From the NCBI GenBank assembly GCA_965203725.1, contig CBDBDH010000002.1, positions 264,215 to 328,214 on the forward strand: a stretch of 64,000 nucleotides of DNA. The letters are read 5' to 3'. The stretch is from Gammaproteobacteria bacterium. Lineage in GTDB: Bacteria > Pseudomonadota > Gammaproteobacteria > UBA4575. The translations under genes and the position numbers were made by a program. Shown here piece after piece: positions 47,701 to 56,473 of the stretch. The number at the start of each line of letters is the position of its first letter. The stretch's first letter is position 1. The notes under the pieces are model-generated. The model was not told the DNA's origin. It saw only the letters and a list, made by a program, of their open reading frames with translations, and ran no database searches.

Positions 47701-48047
47701 CGGTCGACAGTTTCATGGATGCCGTGAAGGCCCGGGCATCATTTCCGGATGCCGATCGCTACACCGCAGGACTTGGGCTGATGGCGGAGACGGTGAAAGA
47801 CACGTCTAGCGGTGAGCTGGCCCTGATGGCATCGCTGGACATCGAGCACAAGTTCGGGGGAGCGGACACCTCCTCCAAGGTCTCAGGGGAGAGGCTGAGC
47901 GCCGAACCGCAGGAGAACAGTGCTTCGCTAGCCCTGGGGAGCGCCTGGCGGCAGGGCCCCTGGTCGATCGATGCCGTGATTTCCACCCGCGAAGGATCGG
48001 GGGACGACGGCTATTCGGGTTCCTTCAATCTCGGCATGCGCTTCTAG
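44775..48047 (+). CDS. Autotransporter (type Va secretion) with a repetitive passenger domain and C-terminal beta-barrel translocator
   Basis: TAGGAGG ribosome-binding site and a long signal peptide. A Gly/Thr-rich beta-helix-like passenger carries two approximately 130-aa tandem repeats and a PPPPTPRRPPPEPEPEP linker. The C-terminal approximately 280 aa end in ...FNLGMRF (terminal aromatic). Confidence 0.8.
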   Translation: MIPVSPGSDSRQSPPLPSLQARAFSRRAALSCAMLLMSNLYAGYAHAADVCHNSPAQGDRIVCTKEGDTSTGNIDIDVVGLDIDTTADEGSQGTNDGGHGVILKHEGSGNIELDIAGTTTGGTTTPSTIDTTGDSAVGIVLWHVDLQSSNGRSGNITATLSDTEINTSGAGSTGAQGIWARNSGNGHVTLNLNPGVTIGTGGSNATGVYLVSDNAVANQNNDVILNARGITITTQGGGTLSNTIWAERIVGPGDVRLDIRDSTLSTTGDFLYGIRANNSGGQNSVGDVDIDLVGGRITTGGYLAHGIYAHRQNDNSLSGTPSGNIEITSRNHTIETTGTAHHAGLQGTYSYGILAAHESDGNTVIDLGEGSSVITHGKNSHGIVTYHYGTENTRSMDVTVSGTITVNGEAAQGVRVGTIRGGALERMAALDSEGYRRHTVTVNGPITSTGEGVYLVNGGRVIIGPQGSISSGSGIAILATGTVPEDNTDPQNIIPAIPPKLRVDLNLGGRRVSEAIGDDWILNDGGETTLAVNSIVLHDGATGNTGNTARNGVWDVTLASPGVSVTDRTTDPWTTAASTAPADRDFRAADFNEVEANCPTGQIGTPPNCRTPPPPTPRRPPPEPEPEPQVHQVNEAISAGTDAPAGVVVQGDGEVYIGAQGRIEAASGIAILATGDDPDLLVDIDLDGRQVREVIGDDWIINDGGGTTLVINDVKLHDGEAGVVPEASAPNGVFNVRVLAEGVQVLDRTDPDPANWNVSLRQAGVVADRDFASADFVETREEPEPQPPMLIEEYAPRAALYEALPEFLLGLQTRTPGGAYRVLLKPPRWIELRGSSGSQDFDRSTVGAKYDAEHLAVEAGGTVLESEHWNVGASLHHVTGSADVSSPVRGGDIRVKGVGLSFDAHRHSGHGHYTAARVSWTNYYDLDISSDTVGRLISEVDADSLALNVEAGRRIRQGEDRTWYTPHVWLGYTRVSVDSFMDAVKARASFPDADRYTAGLGLMAETVKDTSSGELALMASLDIEHKFGGADTSSKVSGERLSAEPQENSASLALGSAWRQGPWSIDAVISTREGSGDDGYSGSFNLGMRF

Positions 48048-48271
48048 GGGTCCACTGGCTGAATAAAGATTCGAATCTATAGTTCTTGCTCTCATGTTAC
48101 ATGCCCTCGCCCTGAGCGGGTGCCCCGAGTTCTATAGCGAACGTGAACTGGCTTTGACAAGAAGATTGGCATAACCAAGTGCAGTTGTCGCACGAGGTAA
48201 TGCTGAATTCAATTGTTCCCTTTATTTTCTCTATTGGTGAGTTGGCCTGAGAAAATCTGCAGGACTTTGAA

Positions 48272-49141
48272 CTATTCAGCCAATTTCAGGAAATTAATCC
48301 TTTTGTGAAAGTTGAATCCGCCGGAACTCCAGAAGCTCAATACATGCCGCCAGTAGGTTCTGTAGTCTTCTTTCAGGTACCGGCGCAGCAACTCCTGCTT
48401 TGGAATTTCGCAGATGCTGAATCTTGCCAGGCACTTGATATCAAAAAACCGCTTCAGCAAAGGGCTCATGGTACGTGAAAATGTACAGCGGTCATTATCA
48501 ATCAGGGTGAATTTTGCTTTCATGATGTCTTCTACACTGAGTTCGGCTATGTCCTGATGTGTTAGGTCTGTCAGTATGTTGCGATCGTGCGGGTCGTCGT
48601 GGCGTATGTTGCCGGCGTGAATTTTCTTGACGATTTCAACACACCGGTTTGCAATCGCTTCGATCAGAACCTCTCTGCCTCCTCTCCCGGACCGCAGGAT
48701 ATGCCTGCACAACTCAGATACAGTCAGCTCACTTTCAACTTTTTGGTACAGCAGGTAGCTTCTTCGATGCAGCCAGGATGATCTGAAAGTCCAGTACGCT
48801 ATAGGTTTGATGGTATCGACCCCGGCCTGCTGGAGCCGCAAGCTGCCGATATAACTCCTGTAGTTATAGTCTTTGAACAGGCTGGTTAGAAACAGGTTCA
48901 CTCTCCTGGCAAGTTTGTAGTGCCGACTGATCTGGGAAACTTTCATGATCACACGACAGTTAGCGGGCTCGTAGTCAAAGCAATACAGCCGATTCCTTTT
49001 CCTGCTTTTTGTGTCCAGCTGAAACTGGGCGATTTCATACTTCAAAAAATGCTTTTCCCGTATCCATTCCTCCGTCAAAGGGCAGGACGGCATAGCTCTG
49101 TTAATCAGGAATTTGCCATGTGAATAGAACTGCTTGCTCAT
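48272..49141 (-). CDS. Lipopolysaccharide/Kdo kinase family protein (PF06293-like protein-kinase fold)
   Basis: KKIHAGNIRHDDPHDRNIL is the H-x-D...N catalytic loop of Kdo/WaaP-type kinases. The start is taken at the internal ATG (MSKQFYSHGKF...). Confidence 0.55.
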   Translation of the reverse strand: MSKQFYSHGKFLINRAMPSCPLTEEWIREKHFLKYEIAQFQLDTKSRKRNRLYCFDYEPANCRVIMKVSQISRHYKLARRVNLFLTSLFKDYNYRSYIGSLRLQQAGVDTIKPIAYWTFRSSWLHRRSYLLYQKVESELTVSELCRHILRSGRGGREVLIEAIANRCVEIVKKIHAGNIRHDDPHDRNILTDLTHQDIAELSVEDIMKAKFTLIDNDRCTFSRTMSPLLKRFFDIKCLARFSICEIPKQELLRRYLKEDYRTYWRHVLSFWSSGGFNFHKRINFLKLAE

Positions 49142-49248
49142 TCTAGGGAGGCCTTGCGGGTGCGTTATAATGACTCGGCAGGTTTGGGGAAGTGCGCCCC
49201 GAATTTTACAATCCCACCTATGTGAGATCAAAGGATACCGACTTCGTC

Positions 49249-49926
49249 ATGGTCAAGCTGAACAGGATAAATACTCTGAAGGCGCGTGAGATAGAGATAC
49301 AGCAGGCACCTGTCTTGCCAGAAGAAATACAGATCAGGGAATTCCTTGGCAGGGGCCGTCGATCTTTTTCCTACAAGGGCGAATACGAGGGAAAGGATGT
49401 TGTCATCAAGATATACAGGAAAGAGTTTGTCGAAAAGTACCAACGGAAGTGCAGTATTGACATTGCAAAGTTCGAGTTTGAACGAAATGCAACCCTGTAC
49501 AACATTGATGAGATTAGTTCCTACATTGCCAGACCATACAAGGTTTTTACGCGTCAAAGCGGCTTCACGCATTCATTTGTGCAGGAATATATCGATGGCA
49601 TCTCACTCAAACAGTTGATTGTCCAGTCGGGGTGCCTTCCTCAGGAAGTATTGAATGCAGGCTATAAGATCGTGCGGTCCGCAGAGGCCCGTGGTATCCA
49701 TGACATGGACATCTTCGCAGAAAATGTGTTTGCGGTTCGAAGTGAAGGTGCTTGGGCGCCAAAACTGTATGATTTCAACATGTTGCCTCAGCACGTGAGT
49801 CCTCCCAATCTATTCATCGCACTGGGTATCAGGCTGGGATTGCGCAGAAAATCATGGAGGGATTACAGGAACCTCAGGAATTGGCAGCGTACCGGTGAAC
49901 AACAATGCATGGCAGGCAACAACTAG
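49249..49926 (+). CDS. Second Kdo/LPS-kinase-family (protein-kinase-like) paralogue, divergently transcribed
   Basis: Gly-rich loop GRGRRSFSYKG, VVIK lysine and IHDMDIFAENVF catalytic loop. Alternative GTG start at 49192. TATAAT at 49166-49171 upstream. Confidence 0.5.
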   Translation: MVKLNRINTLKAREIEIQQAPVLPEEIQIREFLGRGRRSFSYKGEYEGKDVVIKIYRKEFVEKYQRKCSIDIAKFEFERNATLYNIDEISSYIARPYKVFTRQSGFTHSFVQEYIDGISLKQLIVQSGCLPQEVLNAGYKIVRSAEARGIHDMDIFAENVFAVRSEGAWAPKLYDFNMLPQHVSPPNLFIALGIRLGLRRKSWRDYRNLRNWQRTGEQQCMAGNN

Positions 49927-49929
49927 AAG

Positions 49930-50625
49930 ATGGAAAAAGATTTGAGCAAACCGGTTTGGCTGTGGCTACCAGTGATTATATTTTTCGTGCCCTACCTAAT
50001 GCGCATTGGAAACACTGGTGTGGATGTATATCTGTACGGAGAAAGCGGCTGGATAGAAGTGCTGACTGTGGTTTTTCTGTTCGTTGCAATTCTTTTTGGT
50101 TTAGCGTCGCTGCTATTTATTAAAATATCTGGTCACAGTTGGATGCGGTGGTGGATGGTCCTGATGGTCCTGGGCTCCGTCTATTTTGCGGGAGAAGAGT
50201 TGAGCTGGGGTCAACATATATTTGGCTGGGAAGCTTCCGACTACTGGAAGAATTTCAATGATCAGGGTGAAACCAACTTGCATAACACAGGCCCTCTTTT
50301 TGACCAGGTTCCGAGGACACTGCTGTCTGTTGCGGCGCTCGTTGGAGGAGTATTGGCGCCCCTGTATCTGGCACTTTCCAAGCGGCGTCTACGCAGGGAG
50401 TCTTTTCATTACTGGCTGTGGCCTACGTATGTTTGTATGCCAGCGGCATTTTTTTCCCTGCTGGTAAGTTGGCACGAAAAAACTTACAGGCTTCTGGATG
50501 TACAGATTCCAGCCGTGCTGGATGTGCGTGCCGGGGAGGTTAAGGAGTGTTTCTTGGCACTGTTCATTATGCTTTACCTGGTTTCGGCCTGGTACAGAAG
50601 CCGGAATATTTCGCTGCCTGGGTAG
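49930..50625 (+). CDS. Hypothetical polytopic membrane protein
   Basis: 231 aa with at least 5 hydrophobic helices; Trp-rich. No family recognised. Confidence 0.45.
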   Translation: MEKDLSKPVWLWLPVIIFFVPYLMRIGNTGVDVYLYGESGWIEVLTVVFLFVAILFGLASLLFIKISGHSWMRWWMVLMVLGSVYFAGEELSWGQHIFGWEASDYWKNFNDQGETNLHNTGPLFDQVPRTLLSVAALVGGVLAPLYLALSKRRLRRESFHYWLWPTYVCMPAAFFSLLVSWHEKTYRLLDVQIPAVLDVRAGEVKECFLALFIMLYLVSAWYRSRNISLPG

Positions 50626-50706
50626 TTGGTGTAATACTTCCGAAAGAAAACCAACCTCGACCTCAGGAGGCTGGGTCAATTCAGAAGCAGGTCTTGCAGG
50701 ATGCCC

Positions 50707-51396
50707 TCAGGGATTTCGGGTCATCAGTACATCGCATTCAATCAAAGCACCCTTATCCCTCAAGATAGGAAACCACCCGCTGGGGGAAAATCCTGCCTCC
50801 GCGTATGCGGTCAATGCCGTCAGGTAATTGGGCATGCCCTCGTACAGGGCGTGGATCGACAGCTCCGCCTGCAGGGTTTGGACTGTCTTCAGGGTCTCTC
50901 GGGCTCCCGCAAATACTTTCAGGTCAAACCCCTGTGTGTCCATCTTCAGGTGAATCCTGCTCGCATCGCCACACGGCAGGTCTGCGAATATGGCATCCAA
51001 CGTCTGCACACGAACGGACAACGACTCATCAATACTGGATTTGTTTTGAAGAAAATTCCTGCAATATGCATTTGGTTCAAGGAAGGATGAGAGGCCCCGG
51101 CCATGCAGAACATTCAAAGCAAGCGAGTCTTGGGTGTCGCCCAACGCTAAGTTGTATATGTGCCAGTTTGTATCATGTTTTGAACGCTTCTCAAGGAGGT
51201 TGAAGGCATCGGTAAGCGGTTCAAATGACAGAATCATGCCCTTGAATCCAAGTTTTCGAAGCAAGGATCCGAACTGTCCCCTATTCGCTCCCACATCAAG
51301 GACTGTATCAATTCGGTGAGCACGCAGAAGATTTATTAAGTGCCTATTAAACAGTAGCTTATAAGCTTTCCGTGTGAAATCATACATGACAGTCAA
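50707..51396 (-). CDS. FkbM-family methyltransferase
   Basis: DTVLDVGANRGQFGSLL SAM-binding motif and FkbM-domain layout. Confidence 0.7.
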   Translation of the reverse strand: MTVMYDFTRKAYKLLFNRHLINLLRAHRIDTVLDVGANRGQFGSLLRKLGFKGMILSFEPLTDAFNLLEKRSKHDTNWHIYNLALGDTQDSLALNVLHGRGLSSFLEPNAYCRNFLQNKSSIDESLSVRVQTLDAIFADLPCGDASRIHLKMDTQGFDLKVFAGARETLKTVQTLQAELSIHALYEGMPNYLTALTAYAEAGFSPSGWFPILRDKGALIECDVLMTRNP

Positions 51397-51593
51397 ACCC
51401 TGCTATGCAGTCGTGTGGTAATTCTGTTGCCAGCGCATGATTAGCTTTTGCGAGACGAATGATGGCTGTCTTTGGCGCACGCGGGTAACGTATGGATGTA
51501 GCGGATGGACCACACATTCTGCAACATAATCCAGGCAAACGAAACAACTACAAGTCGTTCTGCTCTATCCTGTCCCCGGGCATTGGTGGTCTG

Positions 51594-52442
51594 TCAATTT
51601 CCTGGCCCTGCGCTGGAAAAGACAGCCTCTTCAGGCTTGCAGAGGATATCGTAATGTTGCCACTCGTTGAGATTATCCTCGGTTAGTACCGGTCCAGCCC
51701 CGATCGGTTCGTCGACTATCTTGTACACAAGATAGCCAAGCTCCAGAAAAAAGGTAAGCAGTTGCTTGCGGTATTTCGTATCCGTTCTTTTAAATACTTC
51801 GGCCTTGATGACCGGTTGGTAGGTTTTGATGATGTCGCGTACCGATTGCAGGATGTACAAATCGTAACCCTCGGCATCCACCTTGATGAATTTTAACCGC
51901 GACAACAACTCCGGATAATCTTCACGCAGTTCTTTTTCCAGGTCGATGCAAAATACTTCCAGCTTGAAGGGATGCCCATGTTTGATTGCAGGAATGTTTT
52001 CATGGCGTCCTCCATTACAAAAGCCTGCATCGGAATATTCGAACTTCATGAACCCTTCACAAGATCCGGCAGCAGCCATCATGGTCTTGATATTGGCGAC
52101 GTGATGGTTTGCCCGGGCATTTTTTTCTAGGACATGGTAGACGTACGGGTTGGGCTCCAAGGCCAGCGTACAACCATTTTTACCCGCAGCCACTGCCATG
52201 GGCAGGGTTGTGTCTCCAGTCTGCGCACCTATATCAATACAAAAATCACCTTCCTGTAAAATTTCACGGTACGCACTTATCATTTGAGCCGTAACAGTTT
52301 TCTTTGCTTCGCCGCGGTGTGGATGTGACCAGCAAGCAAAGTGAACAGTGTTGTCACCCAGGTCAATGTCATGCATTTCATAAGCGTAATGCTTGGACCT
52401 TCCACGAAAACCCAGGAATTGGATCATGTTTCTGATCTTCAT
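51594..52442 (-). CDS. FkbM-family methyltransferase (second paralogue)
   Basis: FCIDIGAQTGDTTLPMA motif; 282 aa. Confidence 0.7.
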   Translation of the reverse strand: MKIRNMIQFLGFRGRSKHYAYEMHDIDLGDNTVHFACWSHPHRGEAKKTVTAQMISAYREILQEGDFCIDIGAQTGDTTLPMAVAAGKNGCTLALEPNPYVYHVLEKNARANHHVANIKTMMAAAGSCEGFMKFEYSDAGFCNGGRHENIPAIKHGHPFKLEVFCIDLEKELREDYPELLSRLKFIKVDAEGYDLYILQSVRDIIKTYQPVIKAEVFKRTDTKYRKQLLTFFLELGYLVYKIVDEPIGAGPVLTEDNLNEWQHYDILCKPEEAVFSSAGPGN

Positions 52443-52497
52443 CTTATGTTTCGCACCCCTTGCACAAGATAAAATCCAAGGCTATACGGCATGTTCG

Positions 52498-52887
52498 TCA
52501 GTAATCGGCATAGGATTTTTCTTCCATGATGCCCGACCCAAGCAGTACATTGATCTCTTTCTTAGTGGCGGCACGTTTGTCGTTTTTCAGATAAACGGAC
52601 CGCGCCAGTTCCACGAATTCATGATCAAACTCTTTTCGTGCCTCCTTGATACGGATCTTGTCTTCTATTGTCCAAAGGTCCATGTTGGTTGTCTTGAGAG
52701 TCTGTTTGAGCTTCTGCACCGTGTCGTTGTCTGCAGAAGCCTGATCCCACACTTGGCCCAGCAGATCAAGTTCTGTTTTTACATTGCGTAACTTTTCATT
52801 GTCCGCAATCTGCTCTGCTTTGATTTCCAGTATGGTGATTTTGTCCAGCAATTCCCCGGGTGAGATCGGTACGCGAATATTTTCCAT
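52498..52887 (-). CDS. Hypothetical protein (129 aa) in the LPS locus
   Basis: The internal ATG (MENIRVPISPGELLDKITILEIK...) is the preferred start; the upstream part of the longer ORF overlaps waaC. Coiled-coil-like. Confidence 0.4.
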   Translation of the reverse strand: MENIRVPISPGELLDKITILEIKAEQIADNEKLRNVKTELDLLGQVWDQASADNDTVQKLKQTLKTTNMDLWTIEDKIRIKEARKEFDHEFVELARSVYLKNDKRAATKKEINVLLGSGIMEEKSYADY

Positions 52888-52910
52888 AGTGCAGCTTTGG
52901 TGTTGATGGT

Positions 52911-53951
52911 TTATCGGTGATGGCCGAGGGTGTCCAGTGTGGAGATGACCTCGTCCACGGTGATCAGGTCCATGACCCCCGGAAATTCCAGCTTTGTCCC
53001 CCATTTTAATTGATTTTCGGACTTGTTTTTGAAAGTCTGCGCAGCGTCTCCGTACTTGTCCACACACCATTGCCGACTGAGGTAAGGGCCGCTTCGCTTG
53101 GGGTTACTCGCGGCATAAAGTCCGATGACCGGCGTACCCAGGCCGCCCGCCATATGTGCAGGACCGGAGTCTGGCGAGATGATGACATCTGCGGCCTGCA
53201 GCAGGGCGAGAAATTTCTTCAAAGTGTCTTTGCCAATCAGGTTTGTAGCCTTCATTTGCATGCAGGCCTCGATCTCCTGTCCCATTTGAATTTCTGTTGG
53301 GGATTTCCCGCCGCAGAGGATGACCTGGGCATCGAGTGAGCGGATGGCGAAATCGGCCACCGCCGCATAGCGTTCCGCTCGCCAGTTTCTGAGCGGGTGG
53401 CTTGAACAGGGACTGATAATCACTTTGAAGCGATCCTCGGCCAGGTTCGTCTTAGCAAATTGACGGGCATCCTCCGGGATGACGTAGTCCCAGCGCAGGT
53501 CACGGTCCGGCAATCCGATGTGTTCGATGAAGCTGAAAAAACTGTCCAGGACATGCTGCTGCGATACCGGCTTGATGTGCTGGTGTACGAAAAGGGAGTG
53601 CAGATCCTTGGAGCGCGCCTTGTCGTAGCCCAGTTTCAGGTCCGCATCGATAATTGTACTGAGGATGTTTGCCCTCAGTGAGACCTGGGCACATAGCAGT
53701 ACATCAAACTTCCGATGCCGGGTTTGGCGGGCAATGGACTGATAGCTGCCCAGCCCCTTTGCCTTGTCAAACTTGATAAACTCGATTCCGGGGATGTCGC
53801 CGACCAGTTTGGCCTCGTGATTTCCGATGATCCAGGTAAGTTCGGTAGCCGGCCAGTATTTCTGGATCGTGCGTACTACCGGTACCATATGCGTGACATC
53901 TCCAATCGAGGAGAGTCGCAGGATACAAATGGATGTTGGTGAGCTGTCCAT
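52911..53951 (-). CDS. waaC: ADP-heptose--LPS heptosyltransferase (GT9), WaaC-like
   Basis: ICILRLSSIGDVTHMVPVV is the N-terminus typical of GT9 heptosyltransferases. The start is taken at the ATG giving MDSSPTSICIL.... Confidence 0.7.
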   Translation of the reverse strand: MDSSPTSICILRLSSIGDVTHMVPVVRTIQKYWPATELTWIIGNHEAKLVGDIPGIEFIKFDKAKGLGSYQSIARQTRHRKFDVLLCAQVSLRANILSTIIDADLKLGYDKARSKDLHSLFVHQHIKPVSQQHVLDSFFSFIEHIGLPDRDLRWDYVIPEDARQFAKTNLAEDRFKVIISPCSSHPLRNWRAERYAAVADFAIRSLDAQVILCGGKSPTEIQMGQEIEACMQMKATNLIGKDTLKKFLALLQAADVIISPDSGPAHMAGGLGTPVIGLYAASNPKRSGPYLSRQWCVDKYGDAAQTFKNKSENQLKWGTKLEFPGVMDLITVDEVISTLDTLGHHR

Positions 53952-53995
53952 ATCGAGTGAGTTGAAGCCGAGGAACAACCGCAAAAGCAGTATCC

Positions 53996-54733
53996 ATGGA
54001 TTCGCTTGAATTCAACCGCTATGGTAACGACATTGTTGCCTACAACAAAAGCCTGTATTCCGAATTCCGGGTTGATTTGTTTCGTCCCGAATTCCTTTCA
54101 TCGAATCCTTCCCTGCACTACGAGCGGCTGTTGCCCTCCGACATCAAAGGGCGCCAGGGACTGCACCTGTTTACCTACCATGGGCAGCAGCTGGTTTTGC
54201 GGCATTATTACCGTGGCGGTGCGATAGCCAAATTCGTTCGCGACAGCTATCTCTGGTGTGGGCTGCACAGAACCCGGGCCATCGGTGAGCTGCAGACCCT
54301 GTGCACCCTGCGGCAGTTGGACCTGCCGGTGCCGGCCCCGGTGGCCGCACGTGTACGAAAAGAAGGCCTCACTTACCGGGCGGACATTGTGACCCGGCTT
54401 ATCCCGGAGACACGGTCACTGAGTTCCAGGCTGGCGGAAAATCCTCTCTCGGCGGATACCTGGCGCAGGATCGGTGCCGTGATCAGGCGGTTTCATGATC
54501 ACAACTGCAATCATGCTGATCTGAACGCACACAATATTCTGCTCGGAGAAGAAGAGACCGTGTACTTGGTCGATTTTGACCGGGCGAGGGTTGGCAAGTC
54601 AGTCCGTGGTGCAGCGCAAAGGAATTTGTCCAGATTGCAGCGCTCACTGTCCAAGCTCAAAGAAAGGGAGCCTTTATTTCACTATTCTGGACAGGATTTC
54701 AGGTCGTTTTTGGAAGGATATGGAACGGACTGA
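53996..54733 (+). CDS. kdkA: 3-deoxy-D-manno-octulosonic acid kinase
   Basis: LRHYYRGG, NHADLNAHNILL and VYLVDFDRARV motifs of KdkA; 245 aa. Confidence 0.8.
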   Translation: MDSLEFNRYGNDIVAYNKSLYSEFRVDLFRPEFLSSNPSLHYERLLPSDIKGRQGLHLFTYHGQQLVLRHYYRGGAIAKFVRDSYLWCGLHRTRAIGELQTLCTLRQLDLPVPAPVAARVRKEGLTYRADIVTRLIPETRSLSSRLAENPLSADTWRRIGAVIRRFHDHNCNHADLNAHNILLGEEETVYLVDFDRARVGKSVRGAAQRNLSRLQRSLSKLKEREPLFHYSGQDFRSFLEGYGTD

Positions 54734-55209
54734 TATGGATTAATCTGTCGAATCTTTGGTTGGGCTCGACGACCCCGACAAATTTCTTGTCAACAAAAAG
54801 AATATAGTCGGCAGGTCCAATATCTGTCTGATACTCGCAAGCTTGGAAAGTTCGCCAAAAACGAAACTTTCCAGTAGTGGTCCGAAGAGTGTCCGTTTAC
54901 GATTCAGGTGGTCCAAAGAGAGGCCTCTCAGCGTGGCCAGCAGCCCGGAATGCTCGGCAAGAACAGGCAACAGTCCCGGTATGGCACTCAATTGCCCCAC
55001 GGCCCCGGTATTTGATAAAAAGAGGATATATTTCAGCCTCCAAAACAGCCGACCATTTGAAAGTCAGTGTACGACTGATTGAAATTCAATATACGACTAT
55101 TTGAAAGTATTCATTTGGCCGATTGCAGCCCAGCAACAGCCTGCCACTGCCCAGAACCCCCTGGACCTGACTTGTATAGCTTGGGACCAAGGCGGCCAAC
55201 CCGCGCTGT

Positions 55210-56469
55210 CTAGCGTGGTGGCAGCATCGGCTGCAGATGCCCGAGGTAGCTGTCCAGTACACGAGCCTTGCGCCGCACAAATTGCTGGGCATTTCCCCCG
55301 TACCGGTTTCGCACTTCTGCATTGTCCAGCAGCTGCGTAAGTTGAAGTCCCAGATCCTGGTTGTCAGAAACCTGGATAATCGCCTCTGCTTCTTTCAGTT
55401 CTTTTGTCTCCAATGCGAAGTTATCGGTATGAGGTCCCACAACCGTACACTTGCCAAAACCTGCCGGCTCCAGGATGTTGTGACCTCCACGAGAGATCAG
55501 TGAACCGCCCACAAATACCAGGCTGGCCTCACTGAAAAACCCGTCCAGTTGGCCGAGGGTGTCGACGATGTAGATGTCGGTCTGCTCTGTAGCCCCGTCC
55601 TGTTGGCTGTGCAAAGCCACCGTCCAGTTTTCTTGCTGCAACTGATGGCACAGGGTTTTGCTGCGCTCAGGGTACCTTGGCGCGATCACCAGCCGATGGT
55701 TTCGTTCTCGCAGGAGCGGCAGGTGTTGTGCCAGCTGCAGTTCCTCGTTTTCGTGTGTGGAGACCGCCAGTAAAAAAGGGTATTTGATGGCAATTTGGCG
55801 GCGGGATTGATCAACCCGGGCGGCGGCATATTTGAGATTGCCGACCACATGCGTCGTACGAGGTTCGGCTCCGAGTTCCAGAAATCTCAGGTGATCGTCG
55901 TCGGAGCGTGCCAGAACCAAGCTCAGGTTTCTCAGCGTGGCCTGCTGTTCGTTCTTGAAGTACCTGCTGGCCCGCAGTGTCTTCTCTGTCAGCCTCCCGT
56001 TGACAATGGCAATATCGATCCCTTTTTTCGCCGCCTGATAAAACAGCGTTGGCCAGATTTCGGTTTCCAGGACCAGTACGCAGGCTGGACCCACACGCCT
56101 CAATAGCCGGTGGACCGCAAACGGGTAGTCGAGCGGCATGTATACATGCGTGACTCTTTCATCCGCCTGTTTGGATGCCAGTTTTGCTGCAGTGGGTGTG
56201 TTGGTGGAGAGTATCAGGTGGTAGTCAGGATACTGGTCATGCAGTCTGAGGATCAGAGGCTTGGCGGCATTGAACTCGCCCACCGAGGCGCAATGGATCA
56301 GGATAGAGGGGGCCTGTACGGGCGGGTAGCCGAAGCCGAAGCGCTGCTGGAAGTAACGCCAGCCTCCATCTTTCACAGCCCGGTACACCGTGTAGATGAC
56401 CGCTACAGGAGCCAGCAGGAGTATCAGCGCCCTGTATCGCAGGGAGGTGCGATGAAGCGGTTTCGACAT
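55210..56469 (-). CDS. waaA: 3-deoxy-D-manno-octulosonic acid transferase
   Basis: 419 aa, KdtA/WaaA family (ILIHCASVGEFNAAKPLI...). Confidence 0.9.
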   Translation of the reverse strand: MSKPLHRTSLRYRALILLLAPVAVIYTVYRAVKDGGWRYFQQRFGFGYPPVQAPSILIHCASVGEFNAAKPLILRLHDQYPDYHLILSTNTPTAAKLASKQADERVTHVYMPLDYPFAVHRLLRRVGPACVLVLETEIWPTLFYQAAKKGIDIAIVNGRLTEKTLRASRYFKNEQQATLRNLSLVLARSDDDHLRFLELGAEPRTTHVVGNLKYAAARVDQSRRQIAIKYPFLLAVSTHENEELQLAQHLPLLRERNHRLVIAPRYPERSKTLCHQLQQENWTVALHSQQDGATEQTDIYIVDTLGQLDGFFSEASLVFVGGSLISRGGHNILEPAGFGKCTVVGPHTDNFALETKELKEAEAIIQVSDNQDLGLQLTQLLDNAEVRNRYGGNAQQFVRRKARVLDSYLGHLQPMLPPR

Positions 56470-56473
56470 CTGG

